Below, piece by piece: positions 18,313-29,126 of a stretch of 64,000 nucleotides of DNA. The position numbers were made by a program, and so were the translations under genes. The stretch comes from Patescibacteria group bacterium (lineage in GTDB: Bacteria > Patescibacteriota > Dojkabacteria > J137): the NCBI GenBank assembly GCA_963169855.1, contig CAUJCN010000002.1:197508-261507 (forward strand). The letters run 5' to 3'. Below the pieces are notes generated by a model. That model saw only the letters and a program-made list of their open reading frames with translations, was not told the DNA's origin and made no database searches. How positions within the stretch are numbered: position 1 is the stretch's first letter; every line of letters starts with the position of its first letter.

Positions 18313-19302
18313 TTACTTACTTACATCGTTTATTCGATTCCCTGTGATAATAGCTTCTCTAATTTGAGCTGAGATATCACTTATCGCTCCCGGTGAATGA
18401 GGTAATAGTATTGTATTAGTATGACCTGATTGACCCATCTCCTTTAGTGTGTCGAAATACTGAGTAACTAGAACTAAATTCATAACATCCTGTGCTGTTG
18501 AACCTTGAATGCTGTTTTTAAAGTCTTCTACTGAATCTTTAAGACCTTCAATAATAGCTTTCCTCTGATCAGCAATACCTTTTCCTTGTAATGCTTTTGA
18601 TTGAGCATCAGCTTCAGCAGATTTTACTTTTAAAATTCTATCTGCTTCTCCTTTTTCGCTAGCAGCTACTCTCATTCTTTGTGCTGCGTTAATTTCGTTC
18701 ATAGCTTCTTTTACTTTTTTGTCTGGTTCAATATCTGTTACCAAAGCATTTAAAATTGCGAATCCAAAGCTGTTCATTGTTTCATTCAATTCTTCCTTAA
18801 CTGCAATAGCGATTTCGTCTTTCTTTTCGAATAAATCGTCTAGATTGATTGAAGGAACTCTTGCTCTAACAACATCAAAAACATACGAATTGATCTGTCT
18901 GTCTGGACTATTCAATTTATAGTAAGCATCATATACTTTATCCGATAGTACATAGTACTGAACAGAAATAATAACGTTTACGAAAACGTTGTCCTTAGTT
19001 TTTGTTTCTGCTTTCATATCAAGCTGCATAACCCTTAAAGATAGTTTTCCAGCTATTCGTTGTACTAGAGGGATTTTGAAATGTAATCCTGGATTAGCAA
19101 TATACGAGAATTTACCGAAAGTCTCAACAATGAAAACACTTTGCTGCTCTACAATAAAGAACGTTAGAAAAAATATTATTACAGCCAATGGTAGTAAGCA
19201 GAATAAACATACAATGATGAATACTTCCATAATCTTAGTTAATAAATTATAGGACAATTGTACCATAACAGGACTCGAGCCTAGATAGACACCTAAATTC
19301 AT
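18313..19302 (-). CDS. SPFH/band-7 (stomatin/flotillin-like) membrane protein
   Basis: N-terminal TM plus SPFH core; C-terminal coiled coil EAMNEINAAQRMRVAASEKGEADRILKVKSAEADAQSKALQGKG. Confidence 0.75.
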   Translation of the reverse strand: MNLGVYLGSSPVMVQLSYNLLTKIMEVFIIVCLFCLLPLAVIIFFLTFFIVEQQSVFIVETFGKFSYIANPGLHFKIPLVQRIAGKLSLRVMQLDMKAETKTKDNVFVNVIISVQYYVLSDKVYDAYYKLNSPDRQINSYVFDVVRARVPSINLDDLFEKKDEIAIAVKEELNETMNSFGFAILNALVTDIEPDKKVKEAMNEINAAQRMRVAASEKGEADRILKVKSAEADAQSKALQGKGIADQRKAIIEGLKDSVEDFKNSIQGSTAQDVMNLVLVTQYFDTLKEMGQSGHTNTILLPHSPGAISDISAQIREAIITGNRINDVSK

Positions 19303-19323
19303 TAGTGGTATTTTGATAGTAAT

Positions 19324-20058
19324 ATGAAAATAGTAGTTTCGGGATGGCCAGGTTGCGGAGCAACAACACTTACTCTTTTACTCGCGAAAATTTACAAACT
19401 AAAGCTCGTTCGTGGCTCAGAAACGTTTCGATTAATTCTTAAAGGAATGAACCTCGGCGAAACTGGCGCAGATATCGTTAAAGCTGAAAGCCTTATTCAA
19501 CCATACTACGGACCTCTTTACGACAAATATATTTCAACACTTTTTGCAGAAAGTTCAGATGATTTAATAGTAGATAGCGATATAGCAGGATTCTTCATAC
19601 CTGATAGCGAAAATCTAACTAAGATCTTCCTTATCGGATCGGACGAATCTCGAAGAAGTCACTTCATAACTGATTCTAGAGCAGAAGATGTTGATATTCA
19701 GAAAGAAAGAGACGCATCTTTGCGAGAAGCTTATAAGATGTACGGGTTTGATATTTTTGATCAGGTACAAATAAGGGAACATTACGACATTCTGTTCGAT
19801 AATTCAGAAACACTAATCGCTGAGCAGCTCTTTCAAATTACTAACAAAATCAGACCTTTGCTGACTTTAGAACAGGCAGCCGAAATTGAGTCAGATTACT
19901 GGAAGATTGGTAAATCTGGTTTAATTGATCAATTAGCGGAGCAAAACTTAATTCTTAGAGGAAAAGAAATTCTTCAGGATATATTTAAGAAATTCGCTGA
20001 CGAAATTGAGCAATTACCCGAAGAAGTTAGGTCTGCGATACGAAAGTCAATTCTTTAG
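19324..20058 (+). CDS. P-loop nucleoside monophosphate kinase, archaeal-type cytidylate kinase-like
   Basis: MKIVVSGWPGCGATTLTLLLAKIYKLKLV N-terminus parallels archaeal CMP kinase [29 protein letters not shown]; C-terminal extension. Confidence 0.5.
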   Translation: MKIVVSGWPGCGATTLTLLLAKIYKLKLVRGSETFRLILKGMNLGETGADIVKAESLIQPYYGPLYDKYISTLFAESSDDLIVDSDIAGFFIPDSENLTKIFLIGSDESRRSHFITDSRAEDVDIQKERDASLREAYKMYGFDIFDQVQIREHYDILFDNSETLIAEQLFQITNKIRPLLTLEQAAEIESDYWKIGKSGLIDQLAEQNLILRGKEILQDIFKKFADEIEQLPEEVRSAIRKSIL

Positions 20059-21703
20059 AGTTTTTCTTCTTAACAAAGAACACCAAAACGAAAATTATTA
20101 CCCCACCTGCAATCAAAAGCGATGTTTTTACGACAGAGTCCAATGCAGTATTTACAGGATAAGATGCGCTCGATAGCACTGTAAGTTCTAGAATCTTGCC
20201 ATTGCTCAGTTCGATTTTTAATGTACCAGGAGCTTTGTTTATTGGAATTAGATTCTCTCCAGGAATTATTACTCTATCAAAACTGTTCACAATCAAATTC
20301 AGTGCTCCATTAAGTTCAGATTTGTTAATAGTAAAAATTGAATTCGTTTTATTTGAAATCTGTACAAGGTTAGCAGAAGTGTCTGTTATTGTAATTTCAC
20401 CTTGTTCTGGCATTGTTAACGCAGACATCGGTTCGATTCTTACAACCTCTGGAGTATCACCAAAAACTCCCAATGCAAGATCTTTAACATTATTAGTTAC
20501 TCTTCCCATTATTAGTTTCGTAGGATTTTGGTTTCCTAAAAACTGTTCAGCAAATAGGTTAATTTCCCCTACCTCCGAAGCTACCCAAGCAATGGGGAAA
20601 TTGATTTCAAAAGGATCTAAAATATATCCATATCTTACTTCTGCTTTAACTCCAGCTTTGTTTAAGGATGAACTGATTATCATTGCAGCTTCGAAACTAT
20701 TCAGAGCTTCGCCACTATCGGCTTTAGTCCACAACACATCTGTTAAATCTCTAGAAACTTTAAAGCCTCTATTAAGATTCATACTCGATTTCAAATAATC
20801 TAGAACCTTTGTCCTGTCTTTAAATTGAGCTTCTTGAGCTAACTCCTTATAGAATGTTGAATCCTCGTTAACCTCAATTCCTTCTGTCTCTGACACAGTA
20901 TCAGATTCCTGTGATTGAATATCTGCTGAGGCTTCTATTAGGACTTCACCGGGTTTAGCAACCCCATAATAGTTAGAATGACCTTTTAAACCCGCTATAA
21001 CCCCAGTCATTTTTGAATACTGAATACTTTGCCCTGCATCTTGAGCGGGTAGATTCACAAGAATATCGCTGCCTTCCTCTGCAAGCAATGTGTACTTAAG
21101 TCTAAAACTGTACATGTTACTTGTTCTCCAGGTAACCTTCAAATTTTCTGTAGAGGTGAAAGTCGAAATTTTCTGATTCTGAGAAGTGATCGTTGATGGA
21201 CTAACATCTCTCGATAGATAAGCACTGCCATAGCTCTCTGGAAAAGCTAAGGTGTAGTAAACGTTTTGACCTGTAATTGGATTCACAAGATCTAACTCTC
21301 TAAAGCCACTGATATTACTTTCCACTGTCGAGACAGTTAAATTCACATAAACAGAACTTCTAGCCATGTACGGGAGTGGTCTTGCGAAGTTTAAAAGAAT
21401 GCTATTGTATTCGCCTGGAGTTACTTTATAGTCTTGCAAATCATTTGTGCTTACATTCAATGCTGAGTATTCTTTGAATGGGATAGAAAATTCAAAAGAG
21501 GTAATGTATTTGTCTGGTGTGGTATTTTCAATTTCAAAATTTAATGTATACGACAACGAGTTATCGTCATAAACTTGGTATTCAGCTTTTATTGATCCTT
21601 CCACAATGTTACCGCTTGCCTTTACACTTGCAGTAAATAGTAATAAAAATCCGACAAAAATGGTAAAATGTAAGACGTATTTAGTAAATTTCAAGTGTCG
21701 CAT
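20027..21703 (-). CDS. large secreted/cell-surface protein with C-terminal membrane anchor
   Basis: 558 aa; N-terminal signal-like helix, C-terminal TM LLIAGGVIIFVLVFFV followed by KKKN. Confidence 0.4.
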   Translation of the reverse strand: MRHLKFTKYVLHFTIFVGFLLLFTASVKASGNIVEGSIKAEYQVYDDNSLSYTLNFEIENTTPDKYITSFEFSIPFKEYSALNVSTNDLQDYKVTPGEYNSILLNFARPLPYMARSSVYVNLTVSTVESNISGFRELDLVNPITGQNVYYTLAFPESYGSAYLSRDVSPSTITSQNQKISTFTSTENLKVTWRTSNMYSFRLKYTLLAEEGSDILVNLPAQDAGQSIQYSKMTGVIAGLKGHSNYYGVAKPGEVLIEASADIQSQESDTVSETEGIEVNEDSTFYKELAQEAQFKDRTKVLDYLKSSMNLNRGFKVSRDLTDVLWTKADSGEALNSFEAAMIISSSLNKAGVKAEVRYGYILDPFEINFPIAWVASEVGEINLFAEQFLGNQNPTKLIMGRVTNNVKDLALGVFGDTPEVVRIEPMSALTMPEQGEITITDTSANLVQISNKTNSIFTINKSELNGALNLIVNSFDRVIIPGENLIPINKAPGTLKIELSNGKILELTVLSSASYPVNTALDSVVKTSLLIAGGVIIFVLVFFVKKKNSKELTFVSQT

Positions 21704-22498
21704 AATTTCAAAAAAAGATTTGGTCAGAACTTCTTAAAGAATACCAGATTTGCGTGGAGATTGGTTGAAGTATCTGATCCACAAGAAGGTGATCAATACA
21801 TCGAAATAGGTCCGGGAGATGGAAACATCACCCAATTTTTGTTGGAATCTCATGTAAAAGTAATGTGTGTAGAGGTCGATTATGACCTAATTCCTAAATT
21901 GATTAAGAGATTCGACATCGATGCAGATCCAGATTCACAAATTCAGATTGTACACAAAGACGTAATGGATTTAGATAAAGATTTCTACGATAAATTCGCG
22001 GGAAAGTCAGTGAAAATTATCGGTTCTTTACCTTACAATATTTCAAAGAAGATCATCGATAAATTCTTATCAGCCCATGAGCAAGGACTTTTAGATGTTT
22101 CCAACATGACATTCATTGTTCAGGAAGAGGTGTCTCAAGATATTGTATCTATGCCACCAAAAGCTAATTTCTTTAGCACCTTAATGCACATTAGATCAAA
22201 AGTGAAAAAGTTCGAAAGTATTCCTGCAAGACACTTTTTTCCAGTTCCTAAGGTAAACGGAGGTATTCTACAGATCACACCAAATGGTAAAGGTTTCTCT
22301 GAATCATTAATCAAATTTATCAAAATTGCTTACTCATCTCCAAGAAAACAGATGGTAGGAAACATAGTAAATTCAAACAAGTATAAAGCTGAAGATGTTC
22401 GAAACGCTGTAAAAGAGCTAGGGATCAGTGAAACAGCTCGAGCTCAGGAGGTCGAAATCGAAAAATGGGAACCTTTCTACAAGAAATTGAATCCTTAA
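21695..22498 (+). CDS. rsmA: 16S rRNA (adenine1518-N6/adenine1519-N6)-dimethyltransferase RsmA/KsgA
   Basis: N-terminal RFGQNFL motif and SAM-binding EIGPGDGNITQFL. Confidence 0.85.
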   Translation: MSHNFKKRFGQNFLKNTRFAWRLVEVSDPQEGDQYIEIGPGDGNITQFLLESHVKVMCVEVDYDLIPKLIKRFDIDADPDSQIQIVHKDVMDLDKDFYDKFAGKSVKIIGSLPYNISKKIIDKFLSAHEQGLLDVSNMTFIVQEEVSQDIVSMPPKANFFSTLMHIRSKVKKFESIPARHFFPVPKVNGGILQITPNGKGFSESLIKFIKIAYSSPRKQMVGNIVNSNKYKAEDVRNAVKELGISETARAQEVEIEKWEPFYKKLNP

Positions 22499-24258
22499 AG
22501 TCTTAATCCTCCAAGTCTGAATATTGGATTCAGGTATCTTCTCAGGATTTTTAGCTCCTCCATCTTTAATAGATGGGAAACTAGGTAATACACCATAGAT
22601 GAAGTTGCAACAGTAATCATTGTAAGAATGAACAAGTTTATTGTTGTAGATCCTCTATAAGCATTACCCGTCGAAGTTGGCACTGTGTAATAAAGTACAT
22701 TCCAAGTTTTGTACATTAAATACATTGTTACAAACATAGCTAGACCTGCAATGAATTTTGGGATTAGTGATTTGAATAATTTTCCTAGTTCAAGTTTGAA
22801 TTTTGTATAGTTAAATACAAGAATCAAAGCCACAAATTCGATAGTGTAAGCTACACTCATCCCTAAAGAGATTCCTCCAACTGCAGCCATCCCCTCACCT
22901 CTAGTTGTCAGATTTTCCATTGTTACGTGAGTTGCGGTAATTGCATATTCAGCATTATGACTAAACAAGTTTGTAAATGCGATTGCAAGTACGATGTTTA
23001 ATATTAGCGATCCTAAAGATATCAAAAATGGCATTAGAGTTTCCTTGGATGCGTAGTAAAGCCTGTACATGTACCATTTGCCAATAACGAAAATGTGTCC
23101 CACAGCGAACCACAAAAGAACCCAAGCAATTTGATAAGTTCCATCTAAGTCTAAAGCTGTATCCGTTTTTAAACCAAACGTAAGTCTAACTACAGGAACT
23201 CTCATAATTATCAAAGTAATTATGAAAGGCAACGCTAAGAAAATCATTTCATTGAAAGTTTTATTCACAATGTAAACGATTCCTTTATAATCTTTATCTT
23301 CGTAGTGTTCAGAAAGCTTTGGGAAAGACGCATATGCAAAAGTAAATGCGAACAATTGCGGAACAACTAACGATAAGGAATTTGCAAAGTTCAAAGAAGT
23401 TGCAGCTTTAACCCCAAATGCGATTGCATCGTTGATAGTCAAAGCAATATGTTCCGATGCTACTGCAAACATTCTAGGTATCGAAATTCGCAGCAATTCA
23501 CCCAAATAAGGACCCTTAAATGAGAAAATCATCATATACCTCAATCCAAGGTAACGAGCTAACGGAATTTGAACAAGCAAGTGTAAAACTGAACCGATAT
23601 AAACTCCAATTACAACAGCCCATGGGGAAGGATTTCCACCCATTAACGGGATAAGTACAATCAATCCAAAAATTCTTCCTAAGTTGAAAAATAACGGTGA
23701 AAGCTGAGGAACTAAGTATCTATTATAAATATTAATTCCATTAGAAATGAAAACACTTATTGCCAAGATTATTTGTGGCAATAAAAGTACTCTTAAATAA
23801 TCAACAATGTTGGACATTTGATCTGGTGTGGGATAATTCTCACCAGCAAATGCTCCTAAATACAATGGGAAGAATCTATCAGCAAAGAAGAAAATTACTA
23901 TTGAAAGAATTCCAAAGATTAGCAAAGACCAATTCAAAATAGCATTGTACAATCTCAAGAAGGCTTCTTCTCCTTCCTTTTTTCTTGCAGAAATCAGCGT
24001 TGGAATTACAACCGCTCCTACAGAACCTAAAATTAATACATTCGAAATTAAATCAGGAATTGAGCTAGCAAGAATAAATTGATTGTATTCAACACTTTTT
24101 GTTCCAAATGATGATGCAGCAAGAAGATTGAAAACCTGTCCAGTTATCTTTGTTAAAAGTACTGGTAACATTGCGAATAAAGCAGTCTGCAAAATCTCAG
24201 TCTGTTCCATCGACAGGATATTTCTAAGATTTTGCAGACTTCTTCTGATAGGTGTCAT
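22495..24258 (-). CDS. murJ: lipid II flippase MurJ/MviN-like (MOP superfamily)
   Basis: 587 aa polytopic protein whose N-terminal pattern (...LLTKITGQVFNLLAASSFGTKS...ASSIPDLISNV...GAVVIP) follows the MurJ consensus. Confidence 0.55.
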   Translation of the reverse strand: MTPIRRSLQNLRNILSMEQTEILQTALFAMLPVLLTKITGQVFNLLAASSFGTKSVEYNQFILASSIPDLISNVLILGSVGAVVIPTLISARKKEGEEAFLRLYNAILNWSLLIFGILSIVIFFFADRFFPLYLGAFAGENYPTPDQMSNIVDYLRVLLLPQIILAISVFISNGINIYNRYLVPQLSPLFFNLGRIFGLIVLIPLMGGNPSPWAVVIGVYIGSVLHLLVQIPLARYLGLRYMMIFSFKGPYLGELLRISIPRMFAVASEHIALTINDAIAFGVKAATSLNFANSLSLVVPQLFAFTFAYASFPKLSEHYEDKDYKGIVYIVNKTFNEMIFLALPFIITLIIMRVPVVRLTFGLKTDTALDLDGTYQIAWVLLWFAVGHIFVIGKWYMYRLYYASKETLMPFLISLGSLILNIVLAIAFTNLFSHNAEYAITATHVTMENLTTRGEGMAAVGGISLGMSVAYTIEFVALILVFNYTKFKLELGKLFKSLIPKFIAGLAMFVTMYLMYKTWNVLYYTVPTSTGNAYRGSTTINLFILTMITVATSSMVYYLVSHLLKMEELKILRRYLNPIFRLGGLRL

Positions 24259-24259
24259 G

Positions 24260-24883
24260 TTATACGAATGTCCAAGATATTAAACCAATAAACATTCCCA
24301 AAGCTGCTCCAATGAATAGTTGAAATTTATTATGCTTTTCCAAAACCAATCTTGATTGAGCAATTAAAGGCAGTCCAATCAATCCCACTAACCACCATAA
24401 CGAAATCGCATTTGCTAAGAAAATCATTGTGAATCCCCAAGAATAGGTATGAAAACTCATTTTATCTATAAATTTATTAACAAAATACAAAATTCCAAAA
24501 AGCACAGTTAGAAGCATGGCAATGTACATCCAAAAGTAATTCATGTTGAAAGCTTTTGTAATCACAACTGCAAAAACTGCACCGAATAACGCAGACAAGT
24601 AAACAATATTTCTATTTTCTCTAGAAAGTGCAAATCCGTTTCCATTTCTATTCTCTTTAAATAACTGCCAAAGATAGAAGTATACAGGAATTACAGTTAC
24701 TAAGAAAAGGAAAGCTATATACTGGAATGGATCGTACTGAATAACAAGACTGTATAAGCCAAAAGACATACCTAGAACTAGTACAAATAGTGGATGCGAT
24801 ATCCCTGAGATGAATTTTGCCCAGTTTTCTTCCTTCAAAGTAGTATTGATAACTTTATTTATTGTAGAACAAATAATCGACAA
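24260..24883 (-). CDS. integral membrane protein
   Basis: 207 aa, six hydrophobic helices; start overlaps murJ-like stop. Confidence 0.4.
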   Translation of the reverse strand: MSIICSTINKVINTTLKEENWAKFISGISHPLFVLVLGMSFGLYSLVIQYDPFQYIAFLFLVTVIPVYFYLWQLFKENRNGNGFALSRENRNIVYLSALFGAVFAVVITKAFNMNYFWMYIAMLLTVLFGILYFVNKFIDKMSFHTYSWGFTMIFLANAISLWWLVGLIGLPLIAQSRLVLEKHNKFQLFIGAALGMFIGLISWTFV

Positions 24884-24899
24884 GTAGAAGCGGATTCTA

Positions 24900-24960
24900 A
24901 AACCCTAGTTCCCGCCTCCCTTCGACTACGCTCAGGGTGACAGCGGGATCTGCATAGCTT
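24900..24960 (-). terminator. GC-rich hairpin terminator downstream of pnp
   Basis: Minus-strand TCCCGCTGTCACCCT...AGGGAGGCGGGA stem-loop followed by U-rich tract, unusually GC-rich for this genome. Confidence 0.4.
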
Positions 24961-24971
24961 TTTCGAATCTA

Positions 24972-27155
24972 TTACTTCTTCTGATTATATTTTTCAAGCT
25001 TAGCTGCCATTTCTGCAGGTTGCTCTACTCCCTTCATTGTGAAGCTTAGTTTTCCTCTTTCGATTTTTTCAACTTTTACGTTTACGATTTCTCCCGGTTT
25101 GAAAACTTCTTCAACTTTCATGTCTCGAGTATTTTCTGCGATAGCTGAAACATGACAAAGTCCTGAAATATTCTGAGTTACATCAACAAAGATTCCGTAA
25201 GGCATTGGCTTAGAAATTCTTCCAGTGTAAGTCTTTCCAATCTCAGCCTGCTCGAATCTTGAATCTAATTGACTCTTAACAAAGTCTAATTGAGCTTTAT
25301 TTGAGGCAGTCACAAGAATTGTTCCTTCGTCGTCGATATTTAAGTCAAGATCTTTTCCAAGTTCTTTTCCTCTCTCAATTAATTCTCGGATATTCTTTCC
25401 TCCTGGGCCAATAAACTCACCTATTCTTTCTTTATCGATTGAGATTGTAGTTACAATTGGTGCATTAGGACTAACTTCTGGTCTTGGTGCAGGAATTGCT
25501 GCCTTCATAACTTCTAATACTTGAAGTCTTCCAGTTTTAGCAAGTCTGAATGCTTCTTTAAGAACAGCTGGTTTTACTCCTCTCAATTTGTTTTCGTATT
25601 GAATAGCTGTAATTCCTTCTGTAGTTCCTGTAACTTTAAAGTCCATGTCTCCATAGAAATCTTCAATTCCTTCGATGTCTAACAATAGTCTGTAGTCATC
25701 TTCATTTTCTGAGTTTGTAATCAAACCAACTCCGATTCCAGCAACTGCTGCCTTCATTGGGACTCCTGCAGCCATCAACGCCATGCAAGATGCACAAGTT
25801 GCAGCCATAGATGTTGATCCGTTAGAAGATAGAATTTCTGATACAACTCTAATTGTGTATGGGAATACATCCTCAGAAGGCAACATGTTCTTCAAAGCGT
25901 TTTCTCCAATTGCTCCGTGTCCAACCTCTCTTCTACCAGGTCTAAAATTGAATTTTCCAGCTTCTCCTGTTGAGTATGGAGGCATGTTGTAGTGGTGCAT
26001 AAAGCTTTTTGTGGATTCTCCTTCCATCTCATCAAGAACTTGAGCGTCTCCTAGAGAACCTAAAGTTACAATAGATAAGGACTGAGTTAATCCTCTATTG
26101 AACAACGCACTTCCGTGAACTGTATTGATTACATCAACTTCAGCAGACAAAGGTCTGATTTGGTCTAAACCTCTTTCTAATCTTCTCTTATTATTTTTCA
26201 TAATAGAATCTCTTAGAACTTTTCTAGCAACGTAGTCAATTCCCATGTCTAAATCGTGAGCAGTGAATTCTGCACCTTCTTTTGTAAACAATTCGTCCTC
26301 TAACAATTCTTTTGTGATTGTTGCAATCATTCCATTTCTATCAGCTTTTTCTGGTTGGAAAATGCTGTTTTCAATTTCAGCAATCTTTTTAGCTTTGATC
26401 AATTCGATAACCTCTTTTGGAGCTGGTAATTCGATGTCATCACCAAAATCAGTCATTCGTTCTTCCCCTTTCTTTGAGAAGTATTCGTTTACAAAGTCGT
26501 TCTGAATTTCGTTTAAAGCAGTAATTGCTTCCATAGACTTATCAAGAACCTGGTCCATCTTATCTTCTGGTAATTCTTTACCCCATCCTTCGATGTTTAA
26601 GAATTTTCCTGTTACTCCAGAGATTAAGAATTCAGCGATTTCGTCGTTTCTTTCTGTAACTAATGAATTCAAATGAATATCTCCGTTAGTACTTACTGAT
26701 GTAACAACGCTTGAAGAAGGTCCAAAATATGGAACTCCAGCCATCATTAAAGCGATACTTGCCCCAAAAACAGCTAGTGGCTCAGGGTCATTAATTCCAT
26801 CGTAGCTCATAACTGTAAGAGCCACTAAAACAGGTTTTCTAAATCCCTTTGGGAATAAAGATCTGATTGAATGGTCTACCTGTCTAGCTTTGATAATAGC
26901 TTCGTCAGAAGGTGATCCTTCTCTTTTTAAATATTTAGAGCTGTTGATTGCTCCTCTAGCGTACATTTTTTCTACGTATTCAACAGACAATGGAAAGAAA
27001 TCTTGCTGAGTTTCTTCCTTAGAAACTGTTACAGTAGCAAACAAAGTTGTTCCGCCCAGTTCAAGCAATACAGATCCTGCTGCCTGCCAAGCCAATTTGC
27101 CTGTGGAAAGTTTAACTTCTTTTCCTAAGAAGTCGTATGTTTTGGATATCTCCAT
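24972..27155 (-). CDS. pnp: polyribonucleotide nucleotidyltransferase (PNPase)
   Basis: Two RNase PH domains (RREVGHGAIGENAL), KH and C-terminal S1 (GKTYTGRISKPMPYGIFVDV); likely true start MEISKTYDF at 27155 rather than ORF-track start 27245. Confidence 0.9.
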   Translation of the reverse strand: MEISKTYDFLGKEVKLSTGKLAWQAAGSVLLELGGTTLFATVTVSKEETQQDFFPLSVEYVEKMYARGAINSSKYLKREGSPSDEAIIKARQVDHSIRSLFPKGFRKPVLVALTVMSYDGINDPEPLAVFGASIALMMAGVPYFGPSSSVVTSVSTNGDIHLNSLVTERNDEIAEFLISGVTGKFLNIEGWGKELPEDKMDQVLDKSMEAITALNEIQNDFVNEYFSKKGEERMTDFGDDIELPAPKEVIELIKAKKIAEIENSIFQPEKADRNGMIATITKELLEDELFTKEGAEFTAHDLDMGIDYVARKVLRDSIMKNNKRRLERGLDQIRPLSAEVDVINTVHGSALFNRGLTQSLSIVTLGSLGDAQVLDEMEGESTKSFMHHYNMPPYSTGEAGKFNFRPGRREVGHGAIGENALKNMLPSEDVFPYTIRVVSEILSSNGSTSMAATCASCMALMAAGVPMKAAVAGIGVGLITNSENEDDYRLLLDIEGIEDFYGDMDFKVTGTTEGITAIQYENKLRGVKPAVLKEAFRLAKTGRLQVLEVMKAAIPAPRPEVSPNAPIVTTISIDKERIGEFIGPGGKNIRELIERGKELGKDLDLNIDDEGTILVTASNKAQLDFVKSQLDSRFEQAEIGKTYTGRISKPMPYGIFVDVTQNISGLCHVSAIAENTRDMKVEEVFKPGEIVNVKVEKIERGKLSFTMKGVEQPAEMAAKLEKYNQKK

Positions 27156-27360
27156 ACTTTTATAATAAAAATTAATTAGGAGGTGATTGCGAAAAGAATA
27201 TGTATAAAAGCTCCTTGAACTTGCACACATATCCTTTCGCTGCAATTTCTCCTAAGGGCTATTATATAACATTTTTAGGCAATAAAGCACCCTTGTGGAA
27301 GTGGAATTTATAAAGTAAAATCCTGAGAATTTACAAGAAACATACACATCAATTTACAAA

Positions 27361-27975
27361 ATGGAAAATGTAAGAGAAATCGAAGCTGAATTGCATGCAC
27401 TTTTGGTTGACGAATTTGGAGAAGCTAAAGTTAACGAGATGATGAGAGATCTAGATACAGAAAACGAAACTATAAACAATAACTTGTTTAACGCTAGGAG
27501 TGATGGTTTGTGTGTATTTTTAAAAGCATGTGGAATTTCTGATCAGAAGGCACAACATTTCTTAGAGGTTGTGCTATTTAATGATGAATTAATGAAATCG
27601 TTTAATCTTATCTACATTATTTTAAAAAATACAGGAGGTGTTCATATATTTCCAGAAACAATGTCATTAGCTTCTTTCAGAATAATGCTATTTGATGGAG
27701 TAACGTCAGTCTTCATGGATCTGATAGAAAAATGCCTAGGCAAGAATCTCAGATTTCACTCAGCAACTTTGAAAGAACAACTTGAACTCGAATATTCTTT
27801 GGCAATAGTTTTTAATGCAATTATATTTGGGAAGGAGATGGTTAACCCGGTAAATGTTGATAGGGCTGAATACCACGAATCAATGCCTGAAAAAGATTTA
27901 CCTGAAGTTCGAGTGGAAGATTTTATAAACGAAAGGGCTGATATATTTCAATACTACTTTGCAGAAGCAGCCTAA
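27361..27975 (+). CDS. hypothetical protein
   Basis: 204-aa ORF, no recognised motif. Confidence 0.4.
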   Translation: MENVREIEAELHALLVDEFGEAKVNEMMRDLDTENETINNNLFNARSDGLCVFLKACGISDQKAQHFLEVVLFNDELMKSFNLIYIILKNTGGVHIFPETMSLASFRIMLFDGVTSVFMDLIEKCLGKNLRFHSATLKEQLELEYSLAIVFNAIIFGKEMVNPVNVDRAEYHESMPEKDLPEVRVEDFINERADIFQYYFAEAA

Positions 27976-29126
27976 AGAGCTTTAATAATCTCAGCGATTT
28001 TTCTTGGGGCATCTAGGTCAATTAAAGTTTTTGCGAAGTCTTGGCAGCTCTCTAAACTTTCTCCATTGAATCCTTTTTTCGACTTCTTTTGATTGATTCC
28101 GATTAGAATTGCTTGGTAAAGAGTTTCTGGCATCATCTTTTCATTTTGGATTAATGTATAACCCAATCCAGTTTTCTCTACATACTTAGCGTTTACCACT
28201 TGCTCATCATGCGAAGTATTGGGAATAGGAATCAAAACACACAATTTCCCAAGAGCAAGAATTTCTGTAATTGTGTTCGCACCACTTCTACCCACAACTA
28301 GGTCAGCTCTTCCGAATACTTCCCCAATATGTTCTGTAGAAACATAATCTGTAATAACGTATCTCCTTTTCTTTTCAATCGGTAAACTGTTCTGAATTTC
28401 TTTTGCTCTCTGGAAGTCATTAGTAACTGTAGAATTTCCTGTTTGATGAATTACGTTTACATCTTCTAAAAGTTTATCAATAAAATCGAAAACTCTTTTG
28501 TTGATTTGGTTAGACCCTTGATTTCCGCCAGTAATGTATACAGTTGGTCTTTTTGGATCTAAATCTTTAGTATAGAAATCAGTTTTAGAAACCAAAACCT
28601 CTCTTCGTATTGGGTTCCCAACTAGAACAGTCTTATTTTTTGGATAGTACTTTAGTGATGTATCCCAAGAAACTAAAACCTTATTAGCAAACTTGGCAAT
28701 TATTTTATTTGATAATCCTGCGACTACTGTTTGCTCATGAGTAACAATCTTCTTGCGGAACAACCAACCTGCAATTGCAATTGGAACTGCGGTGTATCCA
28801 CCAAAGCTTACAATGGTTTGAGGTTGCTCTTTCAGAACTATCCAAAACGCTTTAATAATTCCCACGAAAACCATAAATAAATCCCAGAAGAATTTATAGA
28901 ACTTTCGCAGAGGAAGATGTCTATTTAGTTTCCCTGAATTTAAGTTAATGAATGGAATTCCTAGTTTAGAAATTGTAATGTATTCTGCGGAATGAGATTG
29001 GTTTCCCATCTGATTGTACTTCTGTCCAACCCAAACAAATTTTGCATATCCATTTTTTCGAAGTTCTGAAAGTACTGCCAGTGCAGGTGTCATGTGACCA
29101 CCAATAAGCATTACTTTACCCTTCAT
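27972..29126 (-). CDS. murG: UDP-N-acetylglucosamine--N-acetylmuramyl-(pentapeptide) pyrophosphoryl-undecaprenol N-acetylglucosamine transferase MurG
   Basis: N-terminal LIGGHMTPALAV (G-loop 1) and ITGGNQGS; GT28 architecture. Confidence 0.8.
   Translation of the reverse strand: MKGKVMLIGGHMTPALAVLSELRKNGYAKFVWVGQKYNQMGNQSHSAEYITISKLGIPFINLNSGKLNRHLPLRKFYKFFWDLFMVFVGIIKAFWIVLKEQPQTIVSFGGYTAVPIAIAGWLFRKKIVTHEQTVVAGLSNKIIAKFANKVLVSWDTSLKYYPKNKTVLVGNPIRREVLVSKTDFYTKDLDPKRPTVYITGGNQGSNQINKRVFDFIDKLLEDVNVIHQTGNSTVTNDFQRAKEIQNSLPIEKKRRYVITDYVSTEHIGEVFGRADLVVGRSGANTITEILALGKLCVLIPIPNTSHDEQVVNAKYVEKTGLGYTLIQNEKMMPETLYQAILIGINQKKSKKGFNGESLESCQDFAKTLIDLDAPRKIAEIIKAL

Noticed and set aside
24972-27245. 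Long N-terminal extension of PNPase (start at 27245)
   Set aside because: Homology to PNPase begins at MEISKTYDF (27155). The upstream 30 codons are Cys/Ser/Tyr-rich with no counterpart in the family, so the later start is preferred.
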